A stretch of DNA of 64,000 nucleotides from the sequence record ON631220.1; one strand, written 5' to 3'. The position numbers were made by a program, and so were the translations under genes. Within the stretch, counting starts at the first letter, position 1. Every line of letters begins with the position of its first letter. This document shows, in pieces, positions 22,309-32,233 of the stretch. The notes beneath the pieces were generated by a model. That model was not told where the DNA came from, ran no database searches, and worked only from the letters and a program-made list of their open reading frames with translations.

Positions 22309-22704
22309 ATGTTTAATCAACAATATAATCCAAATAGTTCAGCTAAGGTAATGGAGACATTACATGCCTGTGCTAAACTTATTAAGGAAATGTTTTATTA
22401 TAATGATCAATATGTTCAAGTAGAATCGGCTTATACAGATGATCCAATCCAAGCATCCATTGAAACAGTAAATGATGGGTATTACAGATTAGTTATTCAA
22501 GACACCACACCAGATAGTACGTGGCCAGTGTGGGCAGTTGTTTTTATCAGACAACGTGGTGGAGATATTAAGTGTCTCCATATTATCAATCGTATTACTG
22601 GAGTATCTGCAAATATAGATACGCAATTCAACTGTGATTCTTTTTACTCTGTTATTGATTTACTATTAGATCATTATCGAGTATTAACTTCGATGGAATA
22701 CTGA
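22309..22704 (+). CDS. Early hypothetical protein
   Basis: 131 aa, GAGG RBS, own promoter and terminator. Confidence 0.75.
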   Translation: MFNQQYNPNSSAKVMETLHACAKLIKEMFYYNDQYVQVESAYTDDPIQASIETVNDGYYRLVIQDTTPDSTWPVWAVVFIRQRGGDIKCLHIINRITGVSANIDTQFNCDSFYSVIDLLLDHYRVLTSMEY

Positions 22705-22714
22705 TATACATATT

Positions 22715-22740
22715 ACCCTCTCCTTCGGGAGGGGGTTTAT
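22715..22740 (+). terminator. Terminator
   Basis: ACCCTCTCC-TTCG-GGAGGGGGT-TTAT; near-duplicate of the hairpin at 55806. Confidence 0.75.
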
Positions 22741-22764
22741 ATCGCATTAATTTTTTTATTACAC

Positions 22765-22790
22765 TAAAAAAAGTTTAAGATCTATATTAC
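22765..22790 (+). promoter_or_regulatory. phiKZ-type early promoter
   Basis: TAAAAAAAGTTTAAGATC-TATATTAC. Confidence 0.8.
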
Positions 22791-22845
22791 AGACATGTAT
22801 CTATATTGGATACTTATTAAAACTTAATGATTAGGAAAATAGAAA

Positions 22846-23052
22846 ATGAAAGTACTAAAGATCGCAGCTGCAATTATCTCAACTGGTGCCCTCGCTGTTG
22901 CCGCTATTAATCTATATAAGGCCGTTTCTAAATCAACCGTTATTGATGACACCGTAGCTGATGATGATACGGTACTAGACAGTGAAGTAGATATTCTAAC
23001 TGATGAGCTAGATAAAATCGATATTGATGATAGTGCTCAACAAGTCGATTAA
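22846..23052 (+). CDS. Small membrane-anchored protein with a highly acidic tail
   Basis: N-terminal hydrophobic helix followed by a D/E-rich C-terminus. Confidence 0.7.
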   Translation: MKVLKIAAAIISTGALAVAAINLYKAVSKSTVIDDTVADDDTVLDSEVDILTDELDKIDIDDSAQQVD

Positions 23053-23070
23053 ATAATAGGGTTATCGCTA

Positions 23071-23499
23071 ATGGCGGCATTCACTTTAGCAAACTTAATG
23101 GGTGAGCTAAAGAAGAGTTCCGTCATTGACTTATTCAACGATGGAAAGGTCAAGGCAGAACTCTATCCAGCTCATATGACATATATGGGTAGTGTGGTTG
23201 ACTTACATCGTGTAGGCGATACATTCAGCTTCTATGTTGCAGATGGACATGGAGGCGTCACACGCTATCCATGTAGTAATCAGATTCTTGAATCGATAAC
23301 ATTAGAACCAGATGTTTATTATAAGTTAACTGGTAAAAAAGTTATTGAGAAAAGAATTGAATTACCAGCTGTTACAGTACCAATTGAAGAACCCGCTAAG
23401 CGCATGCCGCTGGAAACAATCACATCAGTTGCTGTTATTGGCGGGTTTATTTTGTACGTTGGTACACGGTTTTATAAAGCATGTAAAAAATTAAAATAA
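23071..23499 (+). CDS. Early protein with a C-terminal TM anchor
   Basis: ITSVAVIGGFILYVG followed by a basic tail. Confidence 0.7.
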   Translation: MAAFTLANLMGELKKSSVIDLFNDGKVKAELYPAHMTYMGSVVDLHRVGDTFSFYVADGHGGVTRYPCSNQILESITLEPDVYYKLTGKKVIEKRIELPAVTVPIEEPAKRMPLETITSVAVIGGFILYVGTRFYKACKKLK

Positions 23500-23506
23500 T
23501 ACGGTC

Positions 23507-24205
23507 ATGCAGTATACTTTAGGTACAATAACCCTAGAGGAAACTGCAATGGCCGTATTAGACCGTCAATTTAATATTCGTTTAAATGGTGCTGATTTAG
23601 ATAAACAAAAGCGAATTATTAAAGAAATTTATACCAGGATTGCAAATGTTAATAACACAGTAATCAATGGTACTACTGTAAGACTGATTTTATTTGTTAA
23701 AGCTAATGGCCAAGTGGCTACTGGAAGTGATGCTATTAAACTAATCAACGATGCAGAAACTAATCTACAGGCGTGGGTTCTTTCTAATCGCTTTATCTTT
23801 AAATGGATGTTTAGTCATGCTAGTGATTTTGGTGCAATCTCTTCCAATTTTGAAGAAGTTTCACCAGGTGTTTATGATTGGAGTAAACGCCGTAGCTTTA
23901 ATAAAGAATTCGATGATGAGCTAGCTAAAGCAAAAGAACGAAAACTAATTCGTCAAAATAAACCTACTCTATTTAAAACTATTAAGAAAGTAGGTAAAGC
24001 TGCATATGAAACTATTTCAGATAACTCAACTGCTATTGTAAGTTTAACTGCTATTGGACTATTAGCTCTCAAAGTAACATCTGATCATAATCAAGTTATT
24101 AACCAAATGAAAGTTATTAAGAAATCAATTGGTAATATTGAGCTACCACCTGTCGAAGTAATCGTAAATACAGTTGGTGATGTATTAGATATCGATTTGT
24201 ATTAA
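23507..24205 (+). CDS. Early protein with a hydrophobic segment near the C-terminus
   Basis: 232 aa; TAIVSLTAIGLLAL. Confidence 0.7.
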   Translation: MQYTLGTITLEETAMAVLDRQFNIRLNGADLDKQKRIIKEIYTRIANVNNTVINGTTVRLILFVKANGQVATGSDAIKLINDAETNLQAWVLSNRFIFKWMFSHASDFGAISSNFEEVSPGVYDWSKRRSFNKEFDDELAKAKERKLIRQNKPTLFKTIKKVGKAAYETISDNSTAIVSLTAIGLLALKVTSDHNQVINQMKVIKKSIGNIELPPVEVIVNTVGDVLDIDLY

Positions 24206-24207
24206 GT

Positions 24208-24243
24208 GCATAACGCCCTCCCGTAATGGGAGGGCTATATGTC
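24208..24243. terminator. Bidirectional terminator (family member)
   Basis: CATAACGCCCTCCC-GTAAT-GGGAGGGCTATATG. Confidence 0.8.
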
Positions 24244-24250
24244 GTTAATA

Positions 24251-24766
24251 TCAGTCGTTTTCTAATTCTTTTTCTCGTGCAGCATCCATCCGTTCCATAA
24301 ATGCATTGGACTCCTCCATGATGATACCGATTTCAGTTTCACCTTCTTCAATAGTGTAATTCTCAAATTCCTCATCAGGGATATCTGGAATCTCACGTGG
24401 TGTTACTGGTCCATCATTCGGATCACGTATTAATGGATTACGGTTCATCTGCATCTTAACGAATTCAGCAAAGCCTTCAGCAAGTTCACGGTTAGAACGC
24501 GCACCTTCAGAATCAACTTGGATACGCCGGTTAGCAATTGTTGTCTTATCCATTGAATCTGTTAATTTAAGAATCATATCAACTGATTCTTTGTCAGTAG
24601 GTACTTTGCCTGTAGTATTCTCTAACACTGCTTTTAGTACTTTCTCTTTGACTGATTGTGTATACCGTATCTGCTGCTCATATTCTAGATCAGCATATAC
24701 CTTTTCTTCTGTAGCGGATGATTTCTTTTCTAAAGGTTCATCAGGTAAATCTGCACCATGGAACAT
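24251..24766 (-). CDS. Acidic hypothetical protein
   Basis: 171 aa ORF with GAGGA RBS. Confidence 0.75.
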   Translation of the reverse strand: MFHGADLPDEPLEKKSSATEEKVYADLEYEQQIRYTQSVKEKVLKAVLENTTGKVPTDKESVDMILKLTDSMDKTTIANRRIQVDSEGARSNRELAEGFAEFVKMQMNRNPLIRDPNDGPVTPREIPDIPDEEFENYTIEEGETEIGIIMEESNAFMERMDAAREKELEND

Positions 24767-24845
24767 TTTATTATCCTCTAATTAGTAATAGTAATACCTA
24801 ACATACTTACCATATGCTAAGTATCTGAAAAATAGGTCCTATATC

Positions 24846-25370
24846 ATGTTTAAGAAAATTATTCAATATTTCCGGGGCTTCCAAAAGGAAGTTGGTAAAG
24901 AACAACTTCTAATTGAATTAGAACGGATAGATAAAGATATTATTTCAGGTGAAGAACGATTAAAAGCTATTAATAATTTCTGGCAATTAATTAATCTGGA
25001 TGAATTAAAAACTCTGACAATCAGGAAGATGATGGGTGTTCCTGTCTATCTAAGACATTACAGTATTGGTTATTTATTAGATGCTCTAACCAGGTTAAAT
25101 GATCATATTGCAAATGAAGATGATCTAAAGATTAGTGAAATGTGCCGTAATGAGTTTATCGACAGGAAATCAATTGACCTTGATGAATATTTTATAAACA
25201 GTAATGATAGTTTTATTGATGTATGTAAATCTATTAAAACTATGCGTGACCTAATTTGGCAACAAACTGAATATCTTGAACAGATTAACCATCAGGCATA
25301 TCAGCGTCAGATGGATAGAATGTACTATGATATTATTGAACTATCAAGAGCAATTATTAAGTTACTGTGA
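24846..25370 (+). CDS. Hypothetical helical protein
   Basis: 174 aa ORF. Confidence 0.75.
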   Translation: MFKKIIQYFRGFQKEVGKEQLLIELERIDKDIISGEERLKAINNFWQLINLDELKTLTIRKMMGVPVYLRHYSIGYLLDALTRLNDHIANEDDLKISEMCRNEFIDRKSIDLDEYFINSNDSFIDVCKSIKTMRDLIWQQTEYLEQINHQAYQRQMDRMYYDIIELSRAIIKLL

Positions 25371-25440
25371 GGTGCAGACTATACAAGTATAAATTAATAT
25401 AAAGTGTGTTTATTATCAATTCACCGTAGGTGTAAAAAAG

Positions 25441-26202
25441 ATGGAATCTGTAAAAGACTTATTAAGCGATCCTCAAAAAGGATTAAGGCAGGCTGAAGGG
25501 GTTTTGTGTTATGTTTTCCGAGAAGTATTACTGTGGAGGAATATGACACAGTTTGCTTGGGATAAACGTTTGAATGCATATTTTCAAAAACCACATAACA
25601 AGAATAACCCAGATAAAGGTAATCTTAATAAAGCACTTAAAGCTGATACAATGAGTTGGGATGGCTTTAAGAAAGCTATTGATTTCTTATCACCTGTTAA
25701 AGCAACATTAGAGGTACGTCTGATTTGGGGTACATCAAAACCTGATTCAGTTTATACGATCAATATTGATCCAACTGAAGATGAGGTAACTTGCTCTGCA
25801 AATGATTTCCCCTATGAAGAATGTGAAATTTTTAAGAATCAAAAACCAGCTACAACTACAATGGCCCATCTGTATAGGCATATTCTCTGGAAAGAAGGAA
25901 TTAACCAGGAGAAGTGGGATAAGCTATGGGAAGAGTTTTTAAATAATCCAGTCAACCTTGTTGGATTAGATAAAAAGAAACTTACTTCATTGGCTAATAC
26001 ACAAAGGCGTGGTTTACTATCACCCAATATGTCTTGGAATACATTAAGACGTGGATTCCTACTGCTACGGCCTAAAGAGGAGAGATATACTCTTTCTCTA
26101 CAATGGACTGATGATCCTAATCTTCGAGATAAACTAGAGGACAGTGTACATATTGTTCCTGTACCTGATCCTCATTGGGTGGAGCCTAATTCAGATGAAT
26201 AA
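25441..26202 (+). CDS. Conserved protein with an internal tandem domain duplication
   Basis: Two aligned halves (…FAWDKRL…MSWDGFKKAIDFLSP…LIW / …EKWDKLW…MSWNTLRRGFLLLRP…LQW). Confidence 0.75.
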   Translation: MESVKDLLSDPQKGLRQAEGVLCYVFREVLLWRNMTQFAWDKRLNAYFQKPHNKNNPDKGNLNKALKADTMSWDGFKKAIDFLSPVKATLEVRLIWGTSKPDSVYTINIDPTEDEVTCSANDFPYEECEIFKNQKPATTTMAHLYRHILWKEGINQEKWDKLWEEFLNNPVNLVGLDKKKLTSLANTQRRGLLSPNMSWNTLRRGFLLLRPKEERYTLSLQWTDDPNLRDKLEDSVHIVPVPDPHWVEPNSDE

Positions 26203-26629
26203 TCCAGAAACCCCATGGGTACAAAATAATTATCCTGTAGATAGTATCATTGTAGATCAGAGCGGTAATACACCGCTCCCTGATCTATTTCAGTTTAATG
26301 GAAAAGAGAAGAAGACCACACTTGATAATGAGAATTTCTTTTCATTCAAAGGTCTTCGGATGTATCTCATCACTGGTAAAAAAGAAAAGGCTTTTCTTCA
26401 ACCAGAAGTCAATTCTCATTATAAACTAGATTATGGTTTAAAATACCAATATGTAGATGGACTTACTAATATCCTTCGTGATACCCTATTATTAAATCTT
26501 AATAGTCGACCATTCGTTCTATTTAAAGCTAAAAATCTCGGCGCTTTATCACTACAAGGTCCAAATCCAACAATTCAGGAAAAAGAATGGTTTGATGTGG
26601 TATGCGAAGTAATTAAATCAATTAGATAG
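26195..26629 (+). CDS. Hypothetical protein (likely start MNNPET)
   Basis: ATG overlaps the end of the previous gene. Confidence 0.7.
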   Translation: MNNPETPWVQNNYPVDSIIVDQSGNTPLPDLFQFNGKEKKTTLDNENFFSFKGLRMYLITGKKEKAFLQPEVNSHYKLDYGLKYQYVDGLTNILRDTLLLNLNSRPFVLFKAKNLGALSLQGPNPTIQEKEWFDVVCEVIKSIR

Positions 26630-26639
26630 GAATAGTGTA

Positions 26640-27566
26640 ATGCAGAATAGTCATAGTTTCGAAATTAGTAAAAAGATGAATTTTCTATTACAGGTAGAAG
26701 CATGTATTAATGTACTATATCAGAAAAGACAGATTATGTCAATTGATCAATTCTCAAAGGAACTGATCAATGAATCTTCAGATGTAGTTAAACAGGCTAT
26801 CACTGAACTATATACAACATATCCATTCCAAGATGAAACTAACCCAAAACGGCAAAACCTTCGTCTAGCTATATTTATCCACGATAATGATGTTAGTTGG
26901 ATTAGTTCAATTCTAGGTGTAGATGAGTTTAAAAATGTTTTAAGGCACGCGGGTATTTTTTATAATTATGCTAGTAGTGCCGAGACTGCTGTTCAGCGTA
27001 ATTATTATGCGTCTTTACCAGATTACCGTGACTACATGTATGCTATCTATGAAGAAGCATTCAACCGCGTTGCCCCACTAGTCAATAAGTATTTAGATAT
27101 CGATGCACATGACAGTGTTTCATTTTTAGAACCACCCCATACTCTACCAAAAAAGAGTGTATCTATTAAAGATATTATTGATCCATTTGGTCCATATAAA
27201 CCTAATTACTATATTAGTGATATTTATAGTGCGCAAGCTACACAAGTAACAGAAAATACATATATCGCAGTTAATACATTTATCCGTACTGCTGTATATG
27301 AAAGACTATGCGCCGAAGGCGATACTGTAGATAAGATTGTTATTTCAGATAAACAAAGCATTATTAATGATGAGGATTATATTAAACTAGTCCAAGATAA
27401 GATTAATGCGTTCCATAAAGAAATGGTAGATAATGATTTTATACTGTATGCACCGCTTAATGGATCCCGTCTAATTTATGTAATGAGGGCTAAATATCCG
27501 ATTAAAGTTACTATTAGTTGTAAAGGATTCAAGCATATTGGAAAATTTATCACTTATAAAAAATAG
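26640..27566 (+). CDS. Hypothetical protein
   Basis: 308 aa ORF. Confidence 0.75.
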   Translation: MQNSHSFEISKKMNFLLQVEACINVLYQKRQIMSIDQFSKELINESSDVVKQAITELYTTYPFQDETNPKRQNLRLAIFIHDNDVSWISSILGVDEFKNVLRHAGIFYNYASSAETAVQRNYYASLPDYRDYMYAIYEEAFNRVAPLVNKYLDIDAHDSVSFLEPPHTLPKKSVSIKDIIDPFGPYKPNYYISDIYSAQATQVTENTYIAVNTFIRTAVYERLCAEGDTVDKIVISDKQSIINDEDYIKLVQDKINAFHKEMVDNDFILYAPLNGSRLIYVMRAKYPIKVTISCKGFKHIGKFITYKK

Positions 27567-27576
27567 TAGTTTCTAA

Positions 27577-28713
<1,137 letters not shown>

Positions 28714-28715
28714 CA

Positions 28716-28760
28716 GCATAAGCCCTCCCATTGCGGGAGGGCATTATGTCTTTTTTTTTA
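28716..28760. terminator. Bidirectional terminator (family member)
   Basis: GCATAAGCCCTCCC-ATTGC-GGGAGGGCATTATG followed by a T-tract. Confidence 0.85.
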
Positions 28761-28764
28761 TTTT

Positions 28765-29577
28765 TTAACGCATGAAGCCAGGGCGTCTATGTTTAACTGG
28801 TGAAATATCCCAGCCAAGACTTTTTGCTAGATCCGTCACGTTGGTGATGTCAGAACATTCAAAACCCATGTTAATTTGACGTTCACGTTCACGCTGTACC
28901 TGATATAGAGTATCAGGCGTGATAACCATTAATTGATCTTCATAGTTCTCTAATGCAGGTGAATTCCATTTATTAGCACCGTAAATACCACCTTCCCCAA
29001 CCATATCCCAAGTTGAAATCTCACGGGTATATTTAATACCTCGCATAGGATCATCTTGGGTTATTGACCTTACTGAGCAATAAGTATTCTGAGAAGGATT
29101 GGTAATAGATGCTTCGAAGTACTTACCAAAAGGACCGTATGGTTTGCATTTGCCAAGTACTAGTTTAATAGGAAGACCTTTCTCATCTGTAGAATCAACC
29201 AGAATAAGTTCCTTAATATGCGCACACACACGATCATCATCGATTTGACGAATGCGCATTAGGTACTCGTGTTCATTCATCCGTGTGCCATCTTTACGAT
29301 AGGGTTCAGGGTGTTTGTATTCCATGAATAGAACACCCTTTTTAACACGACGCATTAAAGGTGAGTCTGGATTAAACATAGATACGCCGGATGCCATTTC
29401 ATAGAACATACCAGCTGAATTTCGGGTACCATAAGCTCCTAGTGGAGTTAGATAGTAACCATCCGCATCAGGCACTAATACACCTTTTTTATTAGTACCA
29501 GCTAACATATCACTGCCGATAACTACTTGGTTATTAGTACGCTGTTGCAAACCAGAAAAATTAGAATATGGTTGCAT
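28765..29577 (-). CDS. Prohead (head maturation) serine protease, phiKZ gp175-like
   Basis: 270 aa; EYKHP (His), CSVRS (Ser) and STWDMV motifs; C-terminal ALE/GFE self-cleavage-type sites; synteny with the vRNAP genes. Confidence 0.8.
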   Translation of the reverse strand: MQPYSNFSGLQQRTNNQVVIGSDMLAGTNKKGVLVPDADGYYLTPLGAYGTRNSAGMFYEMASGVSMFNPDSPLMRRVKKGVLFMEYKHPEPYRKDGTRMNEHEYLMRIRQIDDDRVCAHIKELILVDSTDEKGLPIKLVLGKCKPYGPFGKYFEASITNPSQNTYCSVRSITQDDPMRGIKYTREISTWDMVGEGGIYGANKWNSPALENYEDQLMVITPDTLYQVQRERERQINMGFECSDITNVTDLAKSLGWDISPVKHRRPGFMR

Positions 29578-29588
29578 AACGCAACTCC

Positions 29589-30317
29589 TTAGGTCCTGAG
29601 GAGTTCTTCAATAAGCTCTACTGACTCAGATGGGTTAACAAGTGCTGATGTGATAGCTTGATCAAAATAAGCCCCATTGAGTTTTGATGTTGTGTCTGAA
29701 GTATTCCAGATAACTGAACGGAATGGTACGTCGACTGGTGGATTATCCACGATATCACTGTGTCTAGTTAGCACATGTCGATATAGTTGTGACATATCAT
29801 CCGAGGCACGCTGAGTGGTTGAAATAATAAGTTGTAATGTAGGCCATCCACCAAGATTAACACCAGCGTGTAAATTAGCTGTCTCAAATAATTTGGCTTT
29901 GTCATAATAGTTAATATACCAAGGGAAGTTTCCTTTGTTAATTAACTCATCATAAACATAGTAAGTTAATGTATCATTAACAACTAAGTAAGTATTCTGG
30001 AAAATCTTACTGCCTTTATCAAAATGAAACTCTAGATAAACTTCACCATTGATGTGGACGCGTTCAGTGGAGACTGGATTTATCCGCATCATTGCAATGG
30101 TATTATTCACTGCGTAATATTCATCATTAAAAATAATAGGAAATATACCAATAGTAAATACTTCACTGCCAATAACAGCTAGATGTCTTCCTGTAAATCT
30201 TTCTGGAATCTGTATTTTACATGGGGCATTAGTTACTACTGAATTATCTTCTAAATCAGTTAGATGACTGTGGACCCGTTCTGGATCCCGTCGAAGAGAA
30301 CGTACGTCCATTATCAT
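29589..30317 (-). CDS. Virion protein (phiKZ gp176-like; candidate vRNAP accessory subunit)
   Basis: 242 aa between the protease and gp177-like genes; role assigned from recollection of the family. Confidence 0.55.
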   Translation of the reverse strand: MIMDVRSLRRDPERVHSHLTDLEDNSVVTNAPCKIQIPERFTGRHLAVIGSEVFTIGIFPIIFNDEYYAVNNTIAMMRINPVSTERVHINGEVYLEFHFDKGSKIFQNTYLVVNDTLTYYVYDELINKGNFPWYINYYDKAKLFETANLHAGVNLGGWPTLQLIISTTQRASDDMSQLYRHVLTRHSDIVDNPPVDVPFRSVIWNTSDTTSKLNGAYFDQAITSALVNPSESVELIEELLRT

Positions 30318-30464
30318 GTCCTAATTGTTCATTTATGTAAAGTTTAAAATACTTAATCAAAATCATGCACCTTTAAATATTCGCTGTATTACTCCGGTAT
30401 CCTTCCAAATACCGGAGTTTATCATCGATTGCATGTTTTAATGATTATTAACCATTAAGATAAT

Positions 30465-32024
30465 TTAATTGGAAACTTCTTCTTCGATTTCAACATCATC
30501 TAAAGTTTCAGTGTCATCATCTTCTACAGTTTCAATAACTTCTTTTACTGGCAGTTTCGCATATGGATCAACAACGCCAGTGAACCGCTCAACTTTAATC
30601 TGTTGAGATAGCCATGCTGCCATTAGCGAAATTAGTGATTGTGTATTGAGTTCACGTAGAGTGGCCTCAGGATACATTTGACTAAATTCATCAATGGCTA
30701 ACAGATATTGCCAGTAAACATTTTCTGTAAAGAATGTTTTACAGATAAGTTTACCAAAGGTAATGTAAGGATTCTTAAGATCCTCAGTCGTCATCGTACT
30801 CATTGCTTCTTTAATACGATATTCGAGTTCATTAACATGACGATCTTTAAGTTCAGTATTAATAACGCCATCCATAAATGATTCATGGATGTCATTGCGT
30901 AGTTTACGTAAACCTTTATCCATAGCTGACTGTTTAATCAGCGGATATACCGATAGCCAACGTTGAATAAACTGTTCTGAGTTATTAAGAATCTGCTCTA
31001 GGTAGATGTTATTACTACCTGCTACAGCTGCACCAAGGATAGCTTGGATGTCACCACCTGCTAATTCAAATTGAGGTGCAACATCACCATTAATGATTAC
31101 TTTGCAACGAGAATTAGCAACTACATTATTAGCTTCTGAAGCTAGGATGAGTAGACCTGCATCGCGATCAGCTTGACGACGTTCATAAGCACGCTTGAGA
31201 TAGAATCCAAACATCTCATGTAGTTTACGGATAGTTAGTGACCATGTTTCTAGGTCAACATCACTCTCGCCAATAACTTCAACCGGATTATCGATGTAGT
31301 GACCGCAAATCATGTAAGCCAGAGCTAGTGAATCAACAGTGAATGGGAAGGATCTACCCACAACATATTCAAGTTCACCTGGAATGAGAAGACGACCATC
31401 ATTGAAGATAGAATTCCATACACCTTCAATAACAGCAGCGCTATTAGGAATAGATAGTAGCCATTCTTCAACTTCAGTTTGATCTAGATGCGGATTACCC
31501 ATTGATACTAACCGAATAATTTCATTAGCATCGATTGATTCTAGAATAAAGGTACGATACTCAGGTAACGGCTGTAAATTATTGTATCGTGTACTAACGT
31601 GTGCAGTTAGGCGGGGATCACTGTGAACTGCATTATAGTGGTAGAATGTAGCGCTTACATCTGGTTGACAACTAATGCTTTGACGCTCATTAAAGACACG
31701 TACCATATATTCAATTGCAGGGCAAATAACATTCTGCGTATTGAATTGGATCTTTTGTAATGATGAGCAGACATGTGCAATCAGAGCTTCTTGCTCTTCT
31801 TCTACACTAACAGGTTGCTCTTGGTTAGCTTCCTCGAAGAACTCTTCTACAGATGCTTCCAGTTCTTCAGAGAGGGCAACTTTATTAGAGTTGCCATCTA
31901 CACTGAAACCATCTGCAAAGACCGCAAGGGGATATGTTTCATTAGGGATAACTAGAACAAGGTTATCCTCAGTTAGACTACGTGCTGAGCCAACAATCGC
32001 AGCTTGGGTTTCTTTACAGAACAT
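30465..32024 (-). CDS. Virion head/ejection protein (phiKZ gp177-like)
   Basis: 519 aa; acidic N-terminal segment with S/A-x-E motifs and acidic C-terminal tail; GGAG RBS. Confidence 0.65.
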   Translation of the reverse strand: MFCKETQAAIVGSARSLTEDNLVLVIPNETYPLAVFADGFSVDGNSNKVALSEELEASVEEFFEEANQEQPVSVEEEQEALIAHVCSSLQKIQFNTQNVICPAIEYMVRVFNERQSISCQPDVSATFYHYNAVHSDPRLTAHVSTRYNNLQPLPEYRTFILESIDANEIIRLVSMGNPHLDQTEVEEWLLSIPNSAAVIEGVWNSIFNDGRLLIPGELEYVVGRSFPFTVDSLALAYMICGHYIDNPVEVIGESDVDLETWSLTIRKLHEMFGFYLKRAYERRQADRDAGLLILASEANNVVANSRCKVIINGDVAPQFELAGGDIQAILGAAVAGSNNIYLEQILNNSEQFIQRWLSVYPLIKQSAMDKGLRKLRNDIHESFMDGVINTELKDRHVNELEYRIKEAMSTMTTEDLKNPYITFGKLICKTFFTENVYWQYLLAIDEFSQMYPEATLRELNTQSLISLMAAWLSQQIKVERFTGVVDPYAKLPVKEVIETVEDDDTETLDDVEIEEEVSN

Positions 32025-32035
32025 TTTAACACTCC

Positions 32036-32233
32036 TTAGATATTGAGGTTCTTCATTAAGCGAGCGTTTAAAGCTGCTGCAATATCAGCCTCAGTTAAAA
32101 ACTCCCCATTCAGAGATGGGGAGCTGGTGGTGCCACCAAGCGATTGTAGAATTGCTTGAGTACCTAGTTTAACAGCAGCATGAAGAACAGCAATGTTCTG
32201 ACCATGTGCTACATTATTACTTAGCTTTTGCAT
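32036..32233 (-). CDS. Small hypothetical protein
   Basis: 65 aa ORF filling the gap between the RNAP beta gene and the next gene; its stop (TAAGGAG) overlaps the next RBS. Confidence 0.5.
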   Translation of the reverse strand: MQKLSNNVAHGQNIAVLHAAVKLGTQAILQSLGGTTSSPSLNGEFLTEADIAAALNARLMKNLNI

